NCBI GenBank assembly: GCA_965644495.1
Contig: CBFFSA010000003.1
Coordinates: forward strand, 310,001 to 374,000
Origin: Perkinsela sp. CCAP 1560/9
Lineage: Eukaryota > Protista > Euglenozoa: Kinetoplastea
Direction of reading: 5' to 3'
DNA: 64,000 bases
Position numbers and translations under genes: made by a program. Below the pieces are notes generated by a model that was not told the origin of the DNA, did no database searches, and saw nothing but the letters and a program-made list of their open reading frames with translations. Shown piece by piece: positions 33,325 to 43,702 of this stretch (position 1 is its first letter; each line of letters starts with the position of its first letter).

Positions 33325-33650
33325 ACAAGGTACACAGGCGGTGTAGCAGGCGTGGCGTGAGCGGCTCCATTTGCCGAACCGGTTCGCCCGCTCCTTGACC
33401 CTTCAGGGCTTTCGCGCAGAGCTTCAGAGGAGTCACGTTCATGTCCTGCATGGCTAGGAGGGCCTGAAGGCTTCGGCCGTATCCTAGCTTCGTCGATATA
33501 TAGCACGCCTTACGCAGCGAATACCTATCTTTTAAGAACGGACAGTGGGTGTGTCCTAAAGGAAACTGTCGTGCCCGGTTTGCTCTGGAAGAGACCTTGC
33601 TATCCAACAGGAGCAAGCTGACACCCCGAAACGATACTTCCCCTTTCATA
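33325..33650 (-). pseudogene. Fragment of VIPER-like tyrosine recombinase gene
   Basis: STKLGYGRSLQALL...PLKLCAKALKGQGAGEPVRQMEPLTPRLL is homologous to the YR ORFs at 40845, 48048 and 59885. Confidence 0.8.
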
Positions 33651-34803
33651 ATTCTTTATAAATAAACCCCCGCTCACGAATAAGTGACCCCCCCTTATTT
33701 TTAGCATAGGGGGGCGTAGGTGGGTTGTCATACCACTTTTTCGTTCAAAATTTCGAGATCTGTACGTTCCCGCTGTTTTTAGCTCATTTTAAAATTTTAA
33801 AATTTAGTCAAAAAAAATAATTGGTTTTTCAGCTTTTTTTTTCAAAAATGACAAAATCACGATATCGGCTCCTAAAAGGGGGGTTTACGGATAGTGGTAA
33901 GGTTCTTTTGAACATGAGACAGGGAGAAGGTGTTCCGATAAAACAATTATCCCGTGATTTTAACGTCTCTAGAAGGATAGTCAAAAAATTTCTGAACGAA
34001 AAAAAATGTAGCGGGGAATACACTTTGAGTCCTGTGACCATTAAAAAAATCGAATCTCGCAAAAAGAAAATTGAAAAGATATTGACTCCTTTCGACCCCG
34101 CTGGGGTACCAAAATTCAATTCTTCAAGGCGTATAAAAGGCCAACTGTGTAAAAAAGGTATACAAGTTTCGCAAAGCACTGTAAAGCGAGATCTAGCATC
34201 GCTGGATTACAATTATGCCGCTCGGCCAGTATGCCAAGGGCTTACCGAACGACAAAAGCAAAAAAGAGTTCAATTTGCTTTGAATTACAAATTGGATACT
34301 GCCCGTGTTATTTTTACGGACGAAAAGATATTTGATACCAACGATAGCAGAAGACACATGTGCGTAAAGCGCGGTCAAAAAGCGGCCCCGCGTCAAAAAG
34401 TACGTTGGGCACCAAGATGCCAAGTTTTGGGTGCTGTAGGAGTGGGGTGGAGGTATTTGGTTACTCTACGAAATGACACATCTATTACAAGTGAGACGTA
34501 CATAGAAACATTAAAACAGGTAGATTTCCCCCCTAATAGTGTATTTCAACAGGATGGGGCAACGGCACACACTGCCCGTGCCTCCAAAGAGTATATTGAG
34601 AATCGAATGAGTGATGTTCTAAGAAACTGGCCTCCCAACTCGCCCGACCTTTCCCCCATAGAAAACGTCTGGTCTATGGTCCAAGAGGCGGTAGACGAAC
34701 AAACGCCACCGGACAAACCTTCACTTATCCGATGTGTACGTAAAGCATGGTCTTCTTTAACTCAAAAAGTGATCGACAAAACAGTATTAAGTTTTGATTT
34801 TCG

Positions 34804-36045
34804 GGTGAAATTAAAGCAAAATTCGCCTTTTTTGAAAAAAAGGAAAGTCGTCCCCACTAAAAATAATTGTATCTTTTTTTGTATCGTATCACGTATTTCC
34901 ACTTTTTCCATTATTTTTCAGATTCATTTTTTAGATTCAGACTCCTCAACTCCAACACATGCCCTGTAAAGGATGCAACGGTTTCGCTTGCCGAGGAAAT
35001 CTCACTTTGAGCAAAGTTTCTGTGTGGAGCGAATCGAAATGCAGGGAGTGGTTAAGAACCCATAAGTTGGTGGCTCAGAAGGTTGTATGTTATAAAAGAC
35101 TACACAAGGCGCCCTATACTATGCACGTCACTGACGGGAAATGGAGGTGTACTAAAAAATGCAAAGGAATGTACGCCACCTTAGGACCTCTCGTACCTGG
35201 AAGGGCACAAAGAAGTGCAAAGCAAACATTAAAGTACATAATTTTGTACGCTCGTGGTGGACGACATGCGGATTCGGCAGCGGAGACAGAACTTAGCCAG
35301 CAGACCATTGTGTCTCTAAGGCAATGGATGGATGGCATGATGGCCACAGCTCATGTTCGCCGACGTATCAGGAATCGCGGCAGCGTTGGTTCAATGCAAT
35401 GCGATGAGACATATTTTTCTGTACGGAAACGTCACCGAGGTTCTCATGGTGCAAGACGGGTGCGAGATGATGGTACAGAAGTTGCACAGACAATTGCTGT
35501 GACTACTCGAGCGAACAAATTATCTGAAATGTTCATGGAAGTTGTACCTGATCGTAAGGCGAGCACGTTACTTCCTCGAATTGAAGATCTGGCGAGCGGG
35601 GGGAGGACACGAATTTGGACCGACGGGGCGCGTCACAATATCTGCCTTGGTGGATGCTATAAGTGGAATAGCGTGAACCACCGCCGAGAATGGATAACAG
35701 AAGAGGGTGTCCACAAGAACACTGTGGAGTGCGCGAATTCGGTGGCGAAGAAGAGACTTAATCGAGAAGGAAACGTATTAGGAAGGAAAAAGGATAAACG
35801 GGCAGATCGTGTGCAAGCCAATGCTGAAAAATGCAACGGCAGCTTACGGTACAATGGCGGCGATGTAATGCTGCGCATCCTACAGAATCTACAAGATCAT
35901 TGTCATTGTATTCATTTATAAGTCTTGTCCAAGTATTTAAGTAGAAAACTAGAAGCGGAAAGTGTTGATTTCATTGCACAAAATTTTTGAAAACCGCAAA
36001 AAAAAACTTTTTTTAAAAAAAGGCGAATTTTGCCTTAATTTAACC
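34804..36045 (+). mobile_element. Merlin (IS1016/IS1595-like) transposon
   Basis: About 39-bp TIR GGT(G/T)AAATTAA(A/G)GCAAAATTCGCCTTTTTT; perfect 8-bp TSD GATTTTCG at 34796-34803 and 36046-36053. Confidence 0.93.
34959..35921 (+). CDS. Merlin DDE transposase
   Basis: Cys-rich N-terminus; QCDETYF..RK..RG; IWTDGA; VNH; GVHKNTVEC. Confidence 0.88.
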   Translation: MPCKGCNGFACRGNLTLSKVSVWSESKCREWLRTHKLVAQKVVCYKRLHKAPYTMHVTDGKWRCTKKCKGMYATLGPLVPGRAQRSAKQTLKYIILYARGGRHADSAAETELSQQTIVSLRQWMDGMMATAHVRRRIRNRGSVGSMQCDETYFSVRKRHRGSHGARRVRDDGTEVAQTIAVTTRANKLSEMFMEVVPDRKASTLLPRIEDLASGGRTRIWTDGARHNICLGGCYKWNSVNHRREWITEEGVHKNTVECANSVAKKRLNREGNVLGRKKDKRADRVQANAEKCNGSLRYNGGDVMLRILQNLQDHCHCIHL

Positions 36046-36608
36046 GATTTTCGGCTTAAGGAGTGTATAAGATTGAAGGGCGAAAAAGTGACAAAATGGT
36101 AATTCTTCTCTAAATTGTGCGTATTCGTTTCTTTTTGTCCCATTTCTTCAGGCGCAAAGTCTTTGTTTTGAGATCTGCAAAATGCAACAAAAGTCAGCTC
36201 AAACGGACGTTTGTACGAAAAAAAAAGAGGGGGGTCACTTTTCTTGAGCGGGGGTTTATAAACTATAAGTGTTTCGGCGATTTATATTTATATCTAAATC
36301 TGTGCAGTATTGATATAAGAAATATTTCATCGTATGTTCATAGTATTAAATTGCCTTTTGAGACGCTTCCGTAGCTACTGCTAAGAACTTTCGCAGTTAA
36401 GCATAAATTTGTGACCCATTTAGCTCTTGTAGCAATAGTTTAAATGATAAGATGGGATTGTACCTGTCCGTAAGCGACGCATCTGCAAGTTCGTGAATCA
36501 GGTTTAACGTGTTCGCGTGGAGAGACCCAGAGGAGAGCATCGGTAGGCAAAGAAACGACTCTTCGGATATCATACCTGATCGGACATACGTTTCTATTTT
36601 AGGCTACA

Positions 36609-38031
36609 GATGACTTATATTGTAGTCATTTTTCGGAAATTTGCGAAAGTGCATGAAAGGACTATTACTCATTTTTTCGAAATATGAAATGCGGTTTTTC
36701 GATATGCTAGATGTTATTTCCCTATATTTTCCATTCCTTGTCTCAAAAGAAATACAGATCCTGATACAAATACATATCCTGATTGAAGAAATACACCGAT
36801 TTTGATTATAACTGCAATCTTTGTATGAACTTCCAATCTTCATCTTCACTTTCATCAACAAGCGACTCACTAGAGTCTTCTTCTTCTTCTTCTTCTTCTT
36901 CTTCCATTTTGTCGTGTTCAAACTCGCTTTCCACTTCATCTTCTTCCGACTCGCTTTCACTATCACTTTCTGTCCCCATGTCTCGAGCTACTTTAAACGC
37001 ACATAACAGTACTTGTAACTTCTCTTGCCAAGACGGCTTTTTAAAAAATAAGGTAAACAACGCCACCGTCCGCTTAGACTCTCTCAACGACATCGATAAC
37101 CTACCTTGTTTACGTATAGCCCGCTTCACCGCTGAATGACATGACTCCGCGTTGTTGGTGTGAGTTCCATCAGCAGTTACAAACTTAAACTTTCCTTTAC
37201 TAGAATGGTTCACAGTGCGGTGATCGCGAAATGCAATAACGTTCGAGTATCCTTTCCACCCGTCTGTAGTTACTATGGTACGTTGGCTGTCCAATGTGTG
37301 CTTCCTGATCGCCTGCTCCAAGGTTTCCTTATTTCGATTTTTTACGTGTAACCACACCGTGCTTACCGATTTACCGTTCCTTGCAACTTCCGTAAGAGTC
37401 AATACCCACGTTGGTTTCTTACGAGTTCTTCGTCCGCGGTTGTACTTCCGGCTCCATAAATAAGTCTCGTCAACCTGACAACGCGAGTACTGTATCTTGG
37501 AGTTCCGATACTTCATGTACCGATAAACTGCATCTAAGAGCTCTTTTTTCCACGTAAATGCAGTTTTCCGGTCAACTTCGCATTGCGAAGCAATTGAGCT
37601 CATTGGAACACCTTGACACAGTTTTACCCAAAAAGAGAATTTCTGCTTTCTTTTCTTTTGTTTGCAAGACATGTAGGGATACAGCAGTGATAGACGTTTT
37701 CGACAACTCCCCTTCTTCCGTCGTTTCCAGCAAATGTTTTCAAAGCGTCTCGCTGCACACCCTGTACCCCCATGCCTGCGACAAGTTTCGGACTTCACAA
37801 TACCATGGCTTATAAGAAATTTCTCGAATTGCTCGAATGGAATTGGGCCATCGTTTTTCCACTTGAGAACACAACGCATATCCGAGCACGAACAGGAGGC
37901 CATTTAGTGGAAAAAAAAGAAATGAAATAAGCCAAATCTTGTTTCACGCATAAATACAATGTATTCTGAGGGAGATGTCATGTTATATATTTGCTTCTCA
38001 ACGTTTCCCCAAAATGACTACAATATATCAC
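36609..38031 (-). mobile_element. Second Merlin-family element
   Basis: Imperfect TIR TATATTGTAGTCATTTT / AAAATGACTACAATATA; no clear TSD. Confidence 0.7.
36806..37903 (-). CDS. Merlin DDE transposase with acidic C-terminal tail
   Basis: QVDETYLWSRKYNRGR, VKNRNKETL, TTDGWKGY, TVNHS, GTHTNNAES. Confidence 0.9.
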   Translation of the reverse strand: MASCSCSDMRCVLKWKNDGPIPFEQFEKFLISHGIVKSETCRRHGGTGCAARRFENICWKRRKKGSCRKRLSLLYPYMSCKQKKRKQKFSFWVKLCQGVPMSSIASQCEVDRKTAFTWKKELLDAVYRYMKYRNSKIQYSRCQVDETYLWSRKYNRGRRTRKKPTWVLTLTEVARNGKSVSTVWLHVKNRNKETLEQAIRKHTLDSQRTIVTTDGWKGYSNVIAFRDHRTVNHSSKGKFKFVTADGTHTNNAESCHSAVKRAIRKQGRLSMSLRESKRTVALFTLFFKKPSWQEKLQVLLCAFKVARDMGTESDSESESEEDEVESEFEHDKMEEEEEEEEEDSSESLVDESEDEDWKFIQRLQL

Positions 38032-38060
38032 CCCATTAACCCTATTTTACGTTCAATCGC

Positions 38061-39010
38061 TTATTTCATCAGTTGTCCTGGATGGCTCTTCGCATGTGTG
38101 GCTGCCAATTCGTGAATCACGGTTAAGTCGTAGAAAACAGCTCCCGTATTCCAGTATATGACGATATCTGGTCCTGAGCGGTGATAATTTTTGCCACTGC
38201 CTGTTTTATGGTGCAACTGATGATTGTCTTGGTCAACGGTTCGTTTGCATGTGAGGCATGTCCATGTGCGAAATTCACGGATCCTTCCTGTCATAAACGT
38301 GAATCAAAATAGCAAAAGAAGAAGCAATAACTCAAGTATAAATATAACTTCCTTCAATTCAGCCAAAAATATCAGTTTCCCATTTTCTCTCATCTTCTGT
38401 CATAGACGAATCAACAACATCACAGAATCAGTTGTATCTAACGAACGGGCTTCATGCCCACCACGTCGCGAACCAACCGATTCAATGCAGTAGCCGATGT
38501 TAAAGTGCACTTGCAACCAGGACAAAGTAAATCATTTGGAAGTCGAGGGTGTTTAAGCGCAAAACGTGGCATTATCGCCAATTTGAATTTGGAACTCGGA
38601 ACCAGACGCACTTTAGAGGTAATCCAGGAAAATTGTCCCTTTTGAGATGAAAGCATAATGATGGGAGCGAGGCTTTTATCTTTCAGTAACTCTTCACGGA
38701 CCCCATTGTGATATTTCTCTTCTGTCACGAACTCATCATTAGGTGGATTAATGTCGCAATTATCTCTTCCAAGAGGGACCGGAGCGTTCCGTATTTGTGT
38801 AGCCCGAGCTGAAAAAGCTTTTCTGTGCTCCAGAGCTGCACTGCGGGACGCGTCATAAGAGGCTCCTCTCAACGGTTCCATGGGAGTGCTGCCTAAGCCT
38901 CCTTTGCGAGTTGGAGGACGGATCCATGAAATTTGAGTATCTGTCAGTTGGCCAAACCAGTTTTTCAGGACATCATCTACGTTTGCATCGGACCCATAAG
39001 TATGGGTCTC
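38061..39010 (-). pseudogene. 3' fragment of CRE-clade non-LTR element (thumb, Zn-knuckle, restriction-like endonuclease), frameshifted
   Basis: RPPTRKGGLG, SSQKGQFSWI, CPGC, GPDIVIY...YDLTVIH. Confidence 0.65.
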
Positions 39011-39440
39011 TTCGTAAAGACCCGGATCGTCGAAGCCTTGATGACATCGAAGAGTTTGTCTTCGGCACTTGTCTCAGGCTCAAGAGCAGTCAATCGCTCT
39101 TGCAATGCGTCATTGCTCTCGATAGTCATAAAAATTTAGGAGAAAAGTTTACGGGAAAAGAAAAACGCGCTGTTGTTAGTAAAAAGGATGAAAATGATTC
39201 AGACAAAGAAACAAAGGAAAATATAGCTAGAAGCGTACACCGAATTCGAAATTCCACTTAAAAATAAAAACAAATGTAAACTTTTGGCTGTTTTTCTATC
39301 TCTCCCCACCGAAAATACGAACCGCGGTTTCGGTGCGGTCTCGGTCGAAGTACCCGCAGCCCCTCACATGGATATTTTACTATTTCTGATATATCCTTGT
39401 TAGGTTGTTGCTTCTACCACGTTTAAGTTTTTGTGTTACG

Positions 39441-40841
39441 ATGAGATCCCAACGTTTGCGGGCTCCACAGGAGTCGAGCCAGGACCGTGATCGCTCCCCA
39501 AAACGAGACCGGGCACCGACACCGATTGAGACCTCTTCCTTTGCTCGTTCTAAGCGCCAGTCCCTGTCGTGCCCTCCCGTTCGCCCCCCTCTTCCCCCTC
39601 TCCCCACGCAGGCAGCTCCGCAGGTAACCGCGAAACCTACTCAGATTCCCCCTACCCCAGGCCCGGCGCGGCGGAAGGTACGTCCGTCTGGTAGAGCGTT
39701 GAGCCCCGCCCGCGAACCGCCGAGTCCGCTCCCGAGTAATCTCCCCAGTCTTCCTGCAAGCTCCTTTAATAGCCCTTATCCCATTCCACTCGATGCTCCG
39801 GAAGTCCCGATACGTCGCAAGGGAACCTTTAACCCTGACCAGGTTGAGGCTTCCCGCTCACCTCGTCGATACGATGCCCTCGACATTGACCACGTCGAGG
39901 TGCCTCAGCGTTCACGCCTTGATGCCCGAGGAATCATGACCAGCCAAAGCAAGGAAGAGTTTGTCATGAAAGTGATTGACCTTCTGCGCAAACGCTATGA
40001 GGTCACCGTCGAAGCTGTATGGTCTCTTCCCCGAGATGGCCTACGGCAGACGGCTATAGGGCGGGTGCATATGACGCATCCTAATGACCCGGAATCAACT
40101 GAGTTGTTTACAGAATGGGATGGGGACGTGAATACAGCCTACCGTTTTCCCCATCCCGATATCAATTACCACTCCTTGGACCTTGCCCATGTTCGGGCAC
40201 AGATGCCGGGTGGGAAACCAGTTGAAGATTTGATTCCGGCGTTTGAACGCGTCCGTGTTACGGACCCGAAAAGCTTCTACCCCTACGACCCGGTTACTTG
40301 GCAACCGTGGATCGACACGGATGATTTGTTCAAGCCACGTGAACTCATCCGTGAGCTGCGCGAAGCTCCGCAGCTTGGGGTACGCTTCAACCCTCCGCCG
40401 CAGCGTGAGCGCCTGTTCAAAATGTTGACTGAATGGGTTTACGCTGCGCGCAACACAGAGGGTTGGCTAGAGAAGCACAACCTCGCCGTAGCCCTTCTCA
40501 TCATCGAAGAGCTTCGCAACCATTATTGGGCTGCGGCGGGTGTTGCAGTCAAACGAGTGCAACAGCGGTTGCACCGTGACGACGACCCTCAGGACCGTTA
40601 CGGTCAGCTTGTGGTCGACGAGCAACTGAGGGGCCGGACTGCGCAGCGTGCTCCTCGTCGACGCAGCCAGGGACCTTTCTGTTTTGGCTGTCATCAGCCA
40701 GGCCACCTCCGATCGAACTGCCCCCAAGCGTCCCAACAGCAGGGGGGGCAGTTCCGTACCCAATGCGCCCCGCAACAGGATTTTCGCGGCGGGGTGGTGG
40801 GCGGCGCCAACCGTTACGGCGCATCGCGGGCTTTCCACTAG
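39441..40841 (+). CDS. Gag-like protein with CCHC zinc knuckle (element 1)
   Basis: Pro-rich N-terminus; YRFPHPDINY and PYDPVTW shared with element 2; CFGCHQPGHLRSNC. Confidence 0.85.
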   Translation: MRSQRLRAPQESSQDRDRSPKRDRAPTPIETSSFARSKRQSLSCPPVRPPLPPLPTQAAPQVTAKPTQIPPTPGPARRKVRPSGRALSPAREPPSPLPSNLPSLPASSFNSPYPIPLDAPEVPIRRKGTFNPDQVEASRSPRRYDALDIDHVEVPQRSRLDARGIMTSQSKEEFVMKVIDLLRKRYEVTVEAVWSLPRDGLRQTAIGRVHMTHPNDPESTELFTEWDGDVNTAYRFPHPDINYHSLDLAHVRAQMPGGKPVEDLIPAFERVRVTDPKSFYPYDPVTWQPWIDTDDLFKPRELIRELREAPQLGVRFNPPPQRERLFKMLTEWVYAARNTEGWLEKHNLAVALLIIEELRNHYWAAAGVAVKRVQQRLHRDDDPQDRYGQLVVDEQLRGRTAQRAPRRRSQGPFCFGCHQPGHLRSNCPQASQQQGGQFRTQCAPQQDFRGGVVGGANRYGASRAFH

Positions 40842-43702
40842 GAAATGCTCCCCACCCCAGTTACTGCTCGTGCCCGTCGTCCCAGGCGACGACGGGTGGA
40901 TATTCCTACCCCCGCTCCCTCTCCGCTCCTCCGCCAACGAGAAAGGCGGCCACGTGTGCGTGGCAATACTCCTCCTCCGCGCCAGTCCTCGCCAATGCTC
41001 CTCCGTCGCCGCAGTGTCTCCCTCCCGGCTCGTCCTCTCCCCCGAACCCCCGTTCCCGCCAAAACCGCCGCCGCCGCCAAAACCGCCGCCATACAGTCGC
41101 CCGGGAAACGCCGCCAAGAGTTACTGGGGACCATTCTTCAAATGCCCCCCGAGGACCCGCGCGCCACCCAGATGAACGAGGCGCTCCAGCCAATGTGGGC
41201 GACGGCCACGTGGGCCACAAGGGAGCGATTGTGGTTCCGCCTGCGCGAGTATTGCCAGGCGAAGGGAATCACCGCGAATCCTGCAAACGCGGTGCTCTTC
41301 CTGGAGACTCTGCCTCTCGCTACCTCGACGCGCATGGGGTACGCAGGGGCATTGAGGACTCTGTTCGAGCTCATGGGAATCGAAGGCACCCCATTGAGTC
41401 TCTACGTAAAGGCCCTGCAAGCGCAGGGGGGGCTAGAACCCACGCGGCAGATGCTACCAATCACGCCACTTCTTCTAAAGAAGCTGAGACGTCATCTCGA
41501 CGTAAAGGAGAGCATGTGTTGCCTCCTGTGTTGGAAAGCCGCTGCGAGATGGACCGAGACCGCCGACCTGAGGCGGGAGCAGTTCGTGAGTGTGGCCAGT
41601 CACGAGGTAATCATTTATTGGGGCAGGGGGACCAAGACGACCCGTCTGAATCCTTACCGGCCGTACCTCTACGCGATAGTGACTGGCCCGGGGACACCCG
41701 AACTGGCTCAGTTTGTGGGAAGTTTGAGACCAGGCCAGCGCCTGTGTTACACGACGGTCCGGGAGATGGACCACAGGATGAATCAACTTCTCGGTCCCGG
41801 GTATGGAACACATTCCATAAAAAGAGGTGCAATTACATACCTGTTTCACGAGATCTCCCTCGGGAATCTCAGGATGGAGGACGTCCAGAACCTCACGAAA
41901 CACCTCAACGTCGAATCACTGTTGCGCTACAACGCAAGCAGTATTACAACGGCAAGGGCTCTCGGGACGCAGAGAGTCTCAGCACGTCTCCCAGTGCTGT
42001 AACCTCGGAGCACGTGGCAAAGTGCTTCGAGGAAGTGCCTTACCTTCGCAGGCACTCCGTTGTTTGTGCACGCCGCTCTTCACGGCTAGCCAAGGCACAC
42101 GACGCACACCTGCCTTTGCACTTTAAGAAGTCGATACCTGTTATCCATATGGATCAGGTTAAGGAGTGGATGAGCCTTTCAGCTGCCACTCGTTTTCGCA
42201 AGGTAGTGGATGAATTGTTATGGGTACCTAAAGCCCCGTACCCCGAACCTAGTGTGAAAGGTTCGTTGCCTGAGGCGGACGTCCGATTGTTGGAGGACGC
42301 AGGCATAATGTATAAGGTCCCGGCGCACGAGTTGAGAAAGCGCCCATCGATGCGGTTCATGATTCCCTTCACGGTTGTGGAGACCGATGATGAGGGCAAT
42401 CAGCGCAGAAGGTTTATTTCGTGGACACGGGACGACAATGACAGACTTAAATCATATGAACCAAAGGTCCCTTTATATCATCCCTCCAAATACCTTCATA
42501 AGGCGCACGAGCCGATGGCTGTGAAGCGGGACTTCACGTGTGGGTTTTACCAGATTGGTATCCCAAAGAGGGCGCGGCCCAAATTCCGCCTTAGAACGAA
42601 CAGTGGAGACGTGTATGAGATGAACGTCCTCCCGATGGGCCATAGGTGTGCACCGGAGGTTATGCACACGGTTACCGCCGCGATTGCTGGCGAGGCGTCG
42701 ATTTGTTCTCAGCGCTACTCGTTTCACCGAGGCGCTATCGACGTTTATGTTGACGGAGTTCGGTTTGCAGGAACCAACTCCGAGGCCACCACGTACTCTC
42801 AGTTCATCGACGAGCGTTGCGACAAGGCGAACGGTCTTTTCAAAGATCGGGGTCAGCCCCCTGTAGCACAGTACGTGTTTAATGGGGTGGCGTTCGACCA
42901 TAACGCGCATACGGTCTGCCTGGGACCGCGAGTGATCAGGAAACTGCGAGCCGACTCTTTCTTCAACATTTCCTTTGTTGACCTAGAGGCGGTGGTGGGG
43001 CGCCTCATTTATGGCTCCGCAGTTCTCCGACTCAAAATGCCGCGATTTTATTTCGCTTTAAAGGTGGCGCAACGGCGTATCAACTTGTTGAACCGTTGCC
43101 CGAAGTTATGTGACCGTCCGGTCGCACTCCCTGTCGTCACTCGCTCCATGCTAGCAGAGTGGAGAAACGAGTTGCTGGAGAATGTTCCACGGTCTCCACC
43201 TCCCCATCCCGATGTTGTTCCACACAAGCATCGTCTCTACACCGATGCCTCGGTGAAAGGATGGGGAGCGATTATGTATTTAGACAGTGGAGAGGTTTTG
43301 ATTACGGGTGAGGCGTGGCCTGAGTCATCCTCGTATGAGGTGAATCGTGCGGAAGCTGCAGCAGTCCGCTTAGCCCTCGAGAAGTTTTCCGCGCATTGCC
43401 CCCGTGGAACCTGCTTGGATGTTTTTGTTGATAACACCTCCTGTCAGGCTGCACTGAACAGGAGGATCTCCAAGTCAGAGGGGGTTTCAATGGAATTGCG
43501 CGAAGTCCTGCGACTGACAGAGGAGAAAGGTATTTGTGTGAAGGCAGCGTACATATCCACGGATGAGAACCCGGCGGATGCTGTCAGTCGTGGGAAGGAG
43601 GTTGAGAAGGAGAAGGTGGAGACATATAGAGGAACGATCGAGAAATACATTAATCATAATCACAGTGGTAAGGTAGACAGTCATTTTGAGGAAAAACCCT
43701 AG
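40763..43702 (+). CDS. Pol: overprinted linker + reverse transcriptase + RNase H (element 1), -1 frame relative to gag
   Basis: KRDFTCGFYQI, LPMGHRCAPE, YVDG, FNGV; RNase H YTDASVKGWG, NRAEAAAV, VDN, ENPADAVSR. Confidence 0.92.
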   Translation: MRPATGFSRRGGGRRQPLRRIAGFPLGNAPHPSYCSCPSSQATTGGYSYPRSLSAPPPTRKAATCAWQYSSSAPVLANAPPSPQCLPPGSSSPPNPRSRQNRRRRQNRRHTVARETPPRVTGDHSSNAPRGPARHPDERGAPANVGDGHVGHKGAIVVPPARVLPGEGNHRESCKRGALPGDSASRYLDAHGVRRGIEDSVRAHGNRRHPIESLRKGPASAGGARTHAADATNHATSSKEAETSSRRKGEHVLPPVLESRCEMDRDRRPEAGAVRECGQSRGNHLLGQGDQDDPSESLPAVPLRDSDWPGDTRTGSVCGKFETRPAPVLHDGPGDGPQDESTSRSRVWNTFHKKRCNYIPVSRDLPRESQDGGRPEPHETPQRRITVALQRKQYYNGKGSRDAESLSTSPSAVTSEHVAKCFEEVPYLRRHSVVCARRSSRLAKAHDAHLPLHFKKSIPVIHMDQVKEWMSLSAATRFRKVVDELLWVPKAPYPEPSVKGSLPEADVRLLEDAGIMYKVPAHELRKRPSMRFMIPFTVVETDDEGNQRRRFISWTRDDNDRLKSYEPKVPLYHPSKYLHKAHEPMAVKRDFTCGFYQIGIPKRARPKFRLRTNSGDVYEMNVLPMGHRCAPEVMHTVTAAIAGEASICSQRYSFHRGAIDVYVDGVRFAGTNSEATTYSQFIDERCDKANGLFKDRGQPPVAQYVFNGVAFDHNAHTVCLGPRVIRKLRADSFFNISFVDLEAVVGRLIYGSAVLRLKMPRFYFALKVAQRRINLLNRCPKLCDRPVALPVVTRSMLAEWRNELLENVPRSPPPHPDVVPHKHRLYTDASVKGWGAIMYLDSGEVLITGEAWPESSSYEVNRAEAAAVRLALEKFSAHCPRGTCLDVFVDNTSCQAALNRRISKSEGVSMELREVLRLTEEKGICVKAAYISTDENPADAVSRGKEVEKEKVETYRGTIEKYINHNHSGKVDSHFEEKP
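40845..42002 (+). CDS. Tyrosine recombinase (element 1), in frame with gag behind TAG
   Basis: AARWTETADL (R), GTKT (K), HSIKRGA, LTKH, LLRY (Y). Confidence 0.9.
   Translation: MLPTPVTARARRPRRRRVDIPTPAPSPLLRQRERRPRVRGNTPPPRQSSPMLLRRRSVSLPARPLPRTPVPAKTAAAAKTAAIQSPGKRRQELLGTILQMPPEDPRATQMNEALQPMWATATWATRERLWFRLREYCQAKGITANPANAVLFLETLPLATSTRMGYAGALRTLFELMGIEGTPLSLYVKALQAQGGLEPTRQMLPITPLLLKKLRRHLDVKESMCCLLCWKAAARWTETADLRREQFVSVASHEVIIYWGRGTKTTRLNPYRPYLYAIVTGPGTPELAQFVGSLRPGQRLCYTTVREMDHRMNQLLGPGYGTHSIKRGAITYLFHEISLGNLRMEDVQNLTKHLNVESLLRYNASSITTARALGTQRVSARLPVL

Larger units (their letters stand above)
30655..33332 (-). mobile_element. Structured SINE-like retroposon (family A, copy 2), interrupted by a Harbinger-type element
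   Basis: 32462-32720 and 30680-31020 are collinear with 19996-20620 in reverse; CAACTAT-type tail. Confidence 0.75.
33663..36258 (+). mobile_element. Tc1-like DD34E-type transposon, full-length but interrupted by Merlin
   Basis: TIR TAAACCCCCGCTCA...AAGTGACCCCCC; transposase from ATG 33848 with FTDEK, FQQDGATAH, WPPNSPDLSPIENVW; removing Merlin restores ...SFDFR|LKECIRLKGEKVTKW*. Confidence 0.92.
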
